A stretch of 64,000 nt of DNA from IMG/VR virus record IMGVR_UViG_3300025810_000004, positions 94,947-158,946 of that record; one strand, 5' to 3'. Origin of the DNA: a virus. Under the pieces are notes generated by a model. It saw only the letters and a list, made by a program, of their open reading frames with translations, was not told where the DNA came from and searched no databases. Of the stretch, positions 57,074-64,000 are shown one piece after another. The translations under genes were made by a program, and so were the position numbers. Each line of letters starts with the position of its first letter. Position 1 is the first letter of the stretch.

Positions 57074-57436
57074 TTATCGTTTATCAGCCGACCCGGCGAG
57101 GGACCACACGACCTTGTGGTCCTGGTCGCGGTCGGTGACCTCGGTGCAGTAGCCAGCCTCAGTCCACCAGCGGCACTTGCGACACCGGATGGCGGCGTCG
57201 ATGCTCCAGTAGCTCTCGCCACAAGAGCACTCGTAGCGGTACTCGGCGTAGAGAGCCTCCCAGCGCGCGTTGTCGGCGGCGATGGCGGCATCCTCGGCCT
57301 CCTGGCTGTACTCGGTGACCGTGCCGTCGCGGAGGTCCACGCAGCTCACCTTGCAGCACCGGGCGGCGTAGCGGGCGGCCCGGTACTCGGCCCCACAGGC
57401 GTTGCAGCGGTGGGGATGGTCGTTCTGGATGGACAC
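57074..57436 (-). CDS. Cys-rich hypothetical protein with a duplicated CxxCG...AxxC module
   Basis: AAGGAG RBS then GTG. Confidence 0.65.
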   Translation of the reverse strand: MSIQNDHPHRCNACGAEYRAARYAARCCKVSCVDLRDGTVTEYSQEAEDAAIAADNARWEALYAEYRYECSCGESYWSIDAAIRCRKCRWWTEAGYCTEVTDRDQDHKVVWSLAGSADKR

Positions 57437-57514
57437 GGTAAGGACTCCTTCCTCGCACCTTGCGAGGAATCGGGGTACGAGAAGAAAAAACAAGAACACG
57501 AATGTGTCCCCTCT

Positions 57515-57549
57515 CACTCCTTTATCCCCTTTTAAAAGTCCGATTAATA
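57515..57549 (-). promoter_or_regulatory. Early-type promoter motif, copy 8
   Basis: TATTAAT-N16-GATAAAGGAGTG. Confidence 0.72.
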
Positions 57550-57969
57550 CCCCTCGATACCATCGAATAAAACTGACTTCACACACCCCGAAACCGCATT
57601 AACACCTGTTGGACTATATGCCCATATGTCTGTGAGGCCCATCAGACCGTCGCACCCCAAAAGAGCCAGCGATGCCAGATGTCCTCGGATTGCCTTCCGT
57701 GCGCTGTCAGTATTACTCGATATTATCGAAAGGTGGTTTTCTCCCACGAGGGGGTATTTCTCGGAGGTATACCCCCTTCTTTCAGCACCGCTGGATGACT
57801 CCCCGAATCGGTGACACCGACGATGTTCGGTGTTACCGACGATCGACCCGGCGTCCGACGATTGCGGGGATGCTACGGGCGGAGCCAACCACCAACCCGG
57901 CAGACCTGTGCCACCCATCCCAGATGCCCTCTACAGCACCCTTAGAGTCTTCAATGACGACTATGGGGT

Positions 57970-58260
57970 CTATGGTCCCTTTTTTAGTTTCTCCATGTAT
58001 CCGGACCTTCCCAATTCTTCGTCGAATTCAACCTCTTGGGCGTACCACTTTTCCCAGCTACGCCGCCCTCCCGGCATAGCGCCAATCAGCTTCCGCTCTG
58101 GGTACGCAGGCTCATATCTCCAACGAAGTTTACGGGGGTCAACGTCAGGGTCATTGACCCCCGTAAACTTCGGCTTCGTCCCACATCCAACGATGCGGCA
58201 GATCGTCACCTCCCCAGATGCTCGGCCCCTTGACACCCTCGTTGGAATAGCGTTCGGCAA
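57970..58260 (-). CDS. Hypothetical protein containing a 19-bp inverted repeat
   Basis: ORF in the minus-strand gene run; start uncertain. Confidence 0.45.
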   Translation of the reverse strand: MPNAIPTRVSRGRASGEVTICRIVGCGTKPKFTGVNDPDVDPRKLRWRYEPAYPERKLIGAMPGGRRSWEKWYAQEVEFDEELGRSGYMEKLKKGP

Positions 58261-58328
58261 CTCGTGCAGCTGAGGGTGGAAGTTCTGGTCTGTAAGGCAT
58301 GTGTGTTCTCCCTCGATGCTATCGAGTT

Positions 58329-58592
58329 CTACTCGGTATCACCGATAAAGGAGTTACCCGGAGTCGTGGATGCTGCCCCGTGGACTGATACGGCTTCTGT
58401 CACGACCGTGTTTCCCTCGCGGGCAACAAAGACGCGGACTTCCTCGGTCTCAATGTTCTGGAGCAAGTCTCCTCGGACGACGACCACACGGTCAGGGCGT
58501 GGACGGACAATTCCGAAGAACACGTCCACCGACCGAAAGCCGAACCGCTCAGGACTTGTCACACTGGCCATTCGAGAAGTACGAATCATCAT
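58329..58592 (-). CDS. Hypothetical protein
   Basis: GAGG RBS. Confidence 0.55.
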   Translation of the reverse strand: MMIRTSRMASVTSPERFGFRSVDVFFGIVRPRPDRVVVVRGDLLQNIETEEVRVFVAREGNTVVTEAVSVHGAASTTPGNSFIGDTE

Positions 58593-58633
58593 GTCCTCTT
58601 CACTACTATATTTATGACCTAAAAAGTACCTAA

Positions 58634-59113
58634 CTAAAGCAGAGGCCCCAACACACGAGCCACGCGGGAGAACCCCTCCTTCGCGGCGTCCGGGGGTCGC
58701 TCCGTGATGTAGCGGTGCATCTTGTCGATTGCCTCGTCCGGAACTCGACGGTCAGCGGGACGCGTAGCGTTGCGCTCCTTGCAGACGTGCTTCGGGGTGT
58801 CGAGCCAGACACACTCAACCGGACACCCGGTGTAGGCTGCCCACACCATACGGGAAACTCGTGCCCGCTTCCAATCCGTGTCGAAACAGGCGTCGAAGTA
58901 GAGCACACCGTGCTCCCGGTTCTGGCGCAACCAAGTGCTCTTGCCAGAACCGGGAGCACCCATGAGGATGACCACCTTCTTGGGCTCGGGACACCAGCGG
59001 AGGTAGTCCTCCAGGGCAGCCCACGTGCGCTGCCACGCGGCCTTTGCCCGGCGCGGGGTCCAGTGGTACCGACCCTGGAGGTCGTAGAGGTGATTGTCGG
59101 GAGAGAAGATCAT
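58634..59113 (-). CDS. AAA_33 / polynucleotide-kinase-like P-loop kinase
   Basis: ILMGAPGSGKSTW, FDAC, LDTPKHVCKERNATR, VPDEAI. Confidence 0.82.
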   Translation of the reverse strand: MIFSPDNHLYDLQGRYHWTPRRAKAAWQRTWAALEDYLRWCPEPKKVVILMGAPGSGKSTWLRQNREHGVLYFDACFDTDWKRARVSRMVWAAYTGCPVECVWLDTPKHVCKERNATRPADRRVPDEAIDKMHRYITERPPDAAKEGFSRVARVLGPLL

Positions 59114-59153
59114 TGTGTTCCTCGTGTTTCCAATCCCTTGTGTATCCACTCCA

Positions 59154-59342
59154 TCAGAACCTCCTCCAGGGTTGGGGGGCACCCTTACGGACACCTTCAC
59201 GTCGAGCGTCGTCTTGGACGTTCTGGATAAGCCGCCAAAGAGCCCGCCTCTCCTGCTCGTTGAGTTTGTCGAGCATCGGGATCAGCGTTGCTCGGTCGCA
59301 GCGCTCTCGATGCAGCAAGGCGGTCAAGTGTTGCTTGATCAC
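59154..59342 (-). CDS. Small hypothetical protein
   Basis: AAGGAG RBS then GTG. Confidence 0.55.
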   Translation of the reverse strand: MIKQHLTALLHRERCDRATLIPMLDKLNEQERRALWRLIQNVQDDARREGVRKGAPQPWRRF

Positions 59343-59352
59343 GTCCGTCTCC

Positions 59353-59634
59353 TTAGTTGTTGGTCCAGCAGGCTTCTGCGCAGACTTCGTTGCCCCCGCC
59401 GATGATCTTCCCTCGCTTCTCGCGAAGTTTGCTCTTGAACTTGGGTGCCCCGCACTTGTTGCAGGAGACTGGTCGGTTGCTCGCAACCCACACCTCCCGC
59501 ATCCGGGTCACCATGCGCTCAGGGATCTCTTCGGTCTGACCGACCCGGAAGACGCGAGCCTGGGCCTTCACGATCCCCCGCTCTTGCCCTTCACGGTTGG
59601 TGTAGACCCCGCAGACGCGAATCGCGTCCTTCAT
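59353..59634 (-). CDS. Zinc-ribbon hypothetical protein
   Basis: CNKCG...CAEAC. Confidence 0.6.
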   Translation of the reverse strand: MKDAIRVCGVYTNREGQERGIVKAQARVFRVGQTEEIPERMVTRMREVWVASNRPVSCNKCGAPKFKSKLREKRGKIIGGGNEVCAEACWTNN

Positions 59635-59757
59635 TGGCTGTCTCCCAGCTCGAATAGTCGAGCTTGTTGTTGATGATCTCTTCCGCCTCAAGGCGGCCCT
59701 TGACCTTCTCCGTCTTGGACCACTTTCCGCCTCTCCAGTCCTCCATGTGTGCGTTCG

Positions 59758-60039
59758 TCAAGCCTGGCCCCGTTTCCTCAGCCGGCGGATCGCCTCGTCT
59801 TGGTCTGCCCCTTTCAACGCCTCGATGCAGTCGAGGGTCGGGGCTCCGGTCTCTCGTCTGACCAGCTTGACCTCGTCCGGGTCAACCGGTCGCTGACGTC
59901 GCATCAGGAGCTTGTCCAGGCTGTGCATGAAGCCGTCCAGGTCGCCCTTGATCGACAGGCCGTTGACGTCCCTGACCTCGGCGACGAAGGCGTCGTACCA
60001 GGCCAGCGTGTCCTTCAGCTCTTGCTCCAGTTTGTTCAT
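59758..60039 (-). CDS. Small protein with an EF-Ts N-terminal (UBA-like) domain
   Basis: DEVKLVRRETGAPTLDCIEAL...DEAIRRLRKRG resembles the EF-Ts pattern VKELRxxTGAGMMDCKKAL...AIxxLRKKG. Confidence 0.7.
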   Translation of the reverse strand: MNKLEQELKDTLAWYDAFVAEVRDVNGLSIKGDLDGFMHSLDKLLMRRQRPVDPDEVKLVRRETGAPTLDCIEALKGADQDEAIRRLRKRGQA

Positions 60040-60413
60040 CACGACGCACCTCCCGACCACCGCCCGAGTGCTTCGGCAGCGGCGATGCAGGCGGGTCCGA
60101 GGGTTTCGTGCCACGAGATACGATCTCCGTGGTCCACCTGCCATGGATGCCGGCGATTCTGCGCGTGAGCCGCGCGCACGCGCCATGCGTCATCCCCCAG
60201 CAGCGCCAGCAGACACCCAGCGGTCGCGGGGTCGTCGGGGTCGGGGACCGACTTGTTGTACATCCACATGGACTCCTCGGTGTAGGAGTCGAAACGCGGG
60301 TTTTCGATCCACTCATTGCACTCGAACACCTGCGGCAGCATCCCCGGCATCCACCGCCAACCCGGCAGCGACACAGCAAGGCGGCCCCACTCCTCAGTAG
60401 TTCTCTCAGTCAT
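60039..60413 (-). CDS. Hypothetical phage protein
   Basis: WRWMPGM...PDPDDPATAGCLLAL; overlaps both neighbours. Confidence 0.7.
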   Translation of the reverse strand: MTERTTEEWGRLAVSLPGWRWMPGMLPQVFECNEWIENPRFDSYTEESMWMYNKSVPDPDDPATAGCLLALLGDDAWRVRAAHAQNRRHPWQVDHGDRISWHETLGPACIAAAEALGRWSGGAS

Positions 60414-61150
60414 CGGTCACTCTCCTTGTCGAAGACGATTCCGAACTGAGGGCTAATCATCTTGTCGACGACGATGCCCTGTTCCTCCAAAGTGTGCTCG
60501 GAGGCAGTCCCGTAGAAGGTCATCCCCGGAGCCTTGACGGCCACAGCGGAGAATCCCTTCTTGTACCCGATGTAGAAACCGATGTCCACATCAGTGGTGG
60601 GAACCGACTCTGGATAGTTGTCGGGGTCCCACTCGAAGTGGGTGGCCTCGCGAAATTCGGCCAGCTTGTGGGAAGCGAATTCCAGCACAGACGCCTTCGG
60701 GTCTTCCACCCGCTCGACGGAGTCAGCCCAGCTGTTGAAGGCCAACACGTGCCGGAACGCCAGAACCATCCGTTCTTCTGCGGATTCCTCGGTGTACCCG
60801 TGCTCGTTTTCGTGCGAAAACGCCGCCAGCACCAGCCAAGCCACCTCCGCAGCGTGGTGGGGCTCGTAGTGGGCCAATTCGCCATTCCAACCCAGCTCCT
60901 CACCGGATTCGAAGATTCCGGGTCCCATCTTGTGGGCTCCCTCGATGGCGACCATGACCTCGTGGGGGGTAAGCCCCACGAACTTCGCCAGAAGTCGGAC
61001 GCCGTTCTGGGCCATCTTGGCGATGAACAAGGGGTCGGCTCCTTGCAAGAACATGCGGGAGAGCATGGTTGCGGAACCGGGGTCGGCTCCCCCGACGAGG
61101 GGGGAGACTTCCTCAGTGCAGCGCTTCTGGTCGTTGGTGGGCTGGGTCAC
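60410..61150 (-). CDS. Hypothetical protein
   Basis: AGGAGG RBS; first gene downstream of promoter copy 9. Confidence 0.75.
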   Translation of the reverse strand: MTQPTNDQKRCTEEVSPLVGGADPGSATMLSRMFLQGADPLFIAKMAQNGVRLLAKFVGLTPHEVMVAIEGAHKMGPGIFESGEELGWNGELAHYEPHHAAEVAWLVLAAFSHENEHGYTEESAEERMVLAFRHVLAFNSWADSVERVEDPKASVLEFASHKLAEFREATHFEWDPDNYPESVPTTDVDIGFYIGYKKGFSAVAVKAPGMTFYGTASEHTLEEQGIVVDKMISPQFGIVFDKESDR

Positions 61151-61191
61151 GGGACCTCCTGTTCAGCTTCTTAGTGTTTTGGTTTTTCTTT

Positions 61192-61227
61192 CGCCCCTTT
61201 ATACTTTTTTTTGGGGCTCGATTAATA
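61192..61227 (-). promoter_or_regulatory. Early-type promoter motif, copy 9
   Basis: TATTAAT-N17-TATAAAGGGGCG. Confidence 0.72.
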
Positions 61228-61295
61228 CTGGTTTTTACTTTTAAGACGCGAGGAAAGCCACTTTGCGGACAGTTCCTGTTCAAAGAGGATTTCAA

Positions 61296-61514
61296 CTACC
61301 TCCCTGTTTCATCCACTCCTGCTGCCGCGAGGCACTTTGCCAAGTGCACCTCGGTGGGGCTCAGGATCACCTCTCCCCCCTCTTCGTCCAGGGCTTGCTT
61401 GACGAACCACTTCCCTCCACGGAGGGCAAGGACAACGGTGATATCCACGAATGGGTCCCCGCACTTGGTAGAGGACTTTGGGGTTCGGCTCACGGTAACG
61501 GTCACGTCGTTCAT
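61296..61514 (-). CDS. Small hypothetical protein
   Basis: ATGA overlap. Confidence 0.55.
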   Translation of the reverse strand: MNDVTVTVSRTPKSSTKCGDPFVDITVVLALRGGKWFVKQALDEEGGEVILSPTEVHLAKCLAAAGVDETGR

Positions 61515-61723
61515 TGGTTGACTCTCCCTTTGATACCCGGCCATCCGATGCCAGGGAAGTTGAAGTTGCCCTTGACCACCGCTGCGTGTCCAACGTCCTT
61601 GGCGTATCGATAGTCCGGGTGGGCTTCCTCTTGCCGTTGGCAGTCAGCACAGAGGGTGTCAGTGTTGAACCACGAAACCTTTGTGGAGTTCGTGGGATTG
61701 GAACAACGGTCGCAACGGGTCAT
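61511..61723 (-). CDS. Small zinc-finger protein
   Basis: CDRC...SWFNTDTLCADC...NFPGIGWP. Confidence 0.7.
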   Translation of the reverse strand: MTRCDRCSNPTNSTKVSWFNTDTLCADCQRQEEAHPDYRYAKDVGHAAVVKGNFNFPGIGWPGIKGRVNQ

Positions 61724-61926
61724 GAACAGTCCTCGGGGTACTCGGGTTCGATGGGTTCGTCCACATCGGCCTGGGTGTACCCGGTGAGGATTTCAGGACG
61801 GTACTGGGACAGTTTGACCTTCTCGCACACATGGCAGACGAAGCACAGGGGGATGCCCTGGGCGTCGTGTGCAAGACGACGGTCCTCGTTCTTGCACCTG
61901 TGGTGCATGAGTTCTGATCGTTCCAT
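61720..61926 (-). CDS. Small Cys/His-rich hypothetical protein
   Basis: AGGAGGAG RBS; DAQGIPLCFVCHVC. Confidence 0.65.
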   Translation of the reverse strand: MERSELMHHRCKNEDRRLAHDAQGIPLCFVCHVCEKVKLSQYRPEILTGYTQADVDEPIEPEYPEDCS

Positions 61927-61934
61927 AACTCCTC

Positions 61935-62195
61935 CTACTTTCGGGTTTGGACCAAATCGACACACTCGGCGTAAGCCTCCTGAGAGGATAGGTCTCCCTT
62001 CTCCAGCATACAGCTGGCAACTGCGTTGAGGAACTGGTCGTGGGGGATGACCCAGTAATTGACCCACAGGAGCGCACCCACAGCGAGCGCAAGGACGGCG
62101 AGCCCGGTGTCAGAGCAAAGCCACATCAGAGCGGTCTTGCAGACCACCCACATGGCGATGCGCCAGTATCCGAGTTTGATGGCGAGGCGAACCAT
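61935..62195 (-). CDS. Small membrane protein
   Basis: AAGGAG RBS; hydrophobic segments. Confidence 0.6.
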   Translation of the reverse strand: MVRLAIKLGYWRIAMWVVCKTALMWLCSDTGLAVLALAVGALLWVNYWVIPHDQFLNAVASCMLEKGDLSSQEAYAECVDLVQTRK

Positions 62196-62205
62196 GTTCT
62201 CTCCT

Positions 62206-62706
62206 TCACAGAACGGGGAATGGGTTGGCGAACTTCCGACCAGCAACCTGGACGTATTCCCGCTCACCCGCTTCGTTGAACACCAAGGCGGTCAGGTGAC
62301 CACCGAACACGGCACCAGTGTCGATGCCCGTACCGTGGGCGAATTCCCTGGGGCCTTCCATGAACGGCTGGTGGCCGAAGACCACATGGCCGAATCGACC
62401 GCAGTAGATTTCCGCCCAGAACGGGTCCTCCGGACCCTCTTCACCCAGAGGGACCATCTGGCCCGTCTCGTGGTGAACGTTCCGAGTCCGCATCAAGTCA
62501 CCGAATTCCTTCCTCCAGTTTTCGGGGACCATGGCCTCTTCCACCGTCTCCGGAAGCTCCTTCCGGTTGGCGGGAATCCCCGCATGAACCACCAAGAGTC
62601 CGTGCTCTTCAACCTTGTGGAACGGAACCGTGTTGTTGAGGAATTCGACGTCCTCAGGAGTCAGGGCATCCGTGATCGTGACCAGTTCGGGCCGCTTTTC
62701 AGCCAT
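62206..62706 (-). pseudogene. C-terminal half of a PPP/ApaH-type metallophosphoesterase (5'-truncated)
   Basis: VVHAGI, VVFGHQP and GIDTGAVFGGHLTA are present; N-terminal GDxHG, GDxxDRG and GNHE motifs are absent. Confidence 0.72.
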
Positions 62707-62859
62707 TTCCTCCCCTGGTTTCCACCCGTCACTTCGTTTGAGGTTACATGCGGGGGCGGAGCTCGTAGAGCTTGGCCGCCCACACGGGGAAGTGCAGGGC
62801 CACGCCGCCCTTGTACACGGTGGCTGTGTCGCGGCCGGCGCGGCCGACGGTGACTGCTT

Positions 62860-63291
62860 TCATCCGAGACCCGCGAGGACTTCGTCCAGCGCCTTGGCGC
62901 GCCAGGCCGGGACGATCTCGACGAGGTCGGCCGCCGTGACGGCGGCCGGGAACAAAAGGGCCGGGCTTTGCCCCGCCAGGACGGAGGAGTCGAGACCGTG
63001 GCGGATGCGGTAGACGCCGTCTCGCTGCCGGGGGAAGCCGTCGAGCGTCTCGACCTTGGCGACGACCCGGCCCTGCGGCGTCTGGAGCGTGGCCCACAGC
63101 CACACGGCCTCGGCCTCGGCCTGGGGCTCGTAGCCCCGGAAGTCGGCGAGGGCTTGGGCCGGGACCCAGACGCTGACGTCGCCGACGCCCTCGATCTCTT
63201 GGGTGACCTGAGCCTCTCCGCTCAGGTCGCTGTTGAAGTGGATGCGTCCGGCCTCGTTGCCGTCGGCGTCTCTCAGGATGTGGGTGTGCAT
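62860..63291 (-). CDS. GC-rich hypothetical protein
   Basis: AAGGA RBS before MHTHIL. Confidence 0.6.
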   Translation of the reverse strand: MHTHILRDADGNEAGRIHFNSDLSGEAQVTQEIEGVGDVSVWVPAQALADFRGYEPQAEAEAVWLWATLQTPQGRVVAKVETLDGFPRQRDGVYRIRHGLDSSVLAGQSPALLFPAAVTAADLVEIVPAWRAKALDEVLAGLG

Positions 63292-63474
63292 GGGGTCCTT
63301 GTTGCGGTGACGGTGTAGCGGGCAGGGTGCCCTGTGTTGGAGCGGGCTCGGACCACGCGAAAGCCGGCGGCCTCGAAGCCTTCGGCGATGGCGAGGGCTT
63401 CCTTGCGGTCGAGCCTCGGGAGGATGAAGCGGTTGGGGCGCGGGGCCTTGATGATCTTGATCGCCCGGTCTTGG

Positions 63475-63667
63475 ACCAGCAGGCCAGCCGTAGGTTGGCG
63501 AACCTGTCGGTGCCCCCGTGGATCCGAGGGATGATGTGCTCGAAGGTGCTGATCTGAGACCCGCACCCAGGGTAGTACTCCGCTGCAGGTACCAGGTGGC
63601 ACCGACAGTAGAGACAGTGGGGGTCCGACGCAAGGAGCCGGGCCCGCTTACGTTGGGAGTTGTTCAC
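63475..63667 (-). pseudogene. Truncated HNH endonuclease
   Basis: CLYCRC...TFEHIIPRIHGGTDRFANLRLAC, then the expected xxCN terminus is missing. Confidence 0.6.
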
Positions 63668-64000
63668 AGCAAGGACCTGGACGCGGTCTTCACCATCGGT
63701 CCCCCATGTAGGCCGCCGCCGCCATCGCTCGCGCTCGCGACAAGGCGCTGCTCTCGCGCTGTTCGTCGTCTGCGGCCTGCGCGGCTGCGTCCATCTCGTC
63801 GCTGAACTGCTCAGCCATCGCAAGCGCAGCCTTACTCCCGAGGCTCACGTAGCCGTCGCCCTCAGCGTCCCCGTTGTCACCACCCTCGCCGGGGTGCTGA
63901 ACTTCGGCCAGCTTGCCCCGACCTCCACGGGCGACCTGCTTCTCCCAGCCCATTCCGGTTCGCACATGCGTCTTCGGAGCACCGGGCTTGTACTTCCGGG

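Noticed and set aside
48340-61227. Early repeats as CRISPR, REP or att sites
   Set aside because: They are dispersed, bipartite with a variable spacer, and always upstream of genes, which fits promoters.
1-64000. Stop-codon reassignment
   Set aside because: TAA, TAG and TGA all end well-defined genes, and long genes are intact in code 11. The dnaX break involves frame changes, not read-through.

Overview
This window looks like part of a large dsDNA tailed phage genome (jumbo/huge-phage style, GC-rich, standard genetic code). The host cannot be determined from the sequence. Positions ~1.9-47.2 kb are mostly + strand late genes: a His-kinase/response-regulator operon, terminase large subunit, portal, a DnaX clamp-loader gene broken by an apparently split intein, NusG-like and sigma-like regulators, putative head proteins, and two very large virion proteins (3554 and 1832 aa). 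A minus-strand block within that arm holds a TPR-sulfotransferase, tRNAs and a lytic transglycosylase. Positions ~47.2-64 kb are a minus-strand arm of small accessory genes, including a MoxR/CobS-like AAA+ ATPase with a CobT-like partner split into two genes. Two repeated promoter-like motifs divide the window: CG(T/G/A)T-N7-(C/T)TAT before nine + strand genes, and TATTAAT-N16/17-GATAAAGGGGTG before nine minus-strand units. The best candidate for a new system is three tandem genes that share a 38-aa N-terminal leader ending in K-x-[A/S/G] followed by unrelated domains. They lie next to multidomain proteins punctuated by [K/R]-x-A motifs, which suggests a capsid-targeting and protease-release system for injected proteins. 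Other strong candidates are the split DnaX intein, the phage two-component operon and two anticodon-less tRNA-like RNAs. All family assignments come from motif recognition by eye; no database searches were run.
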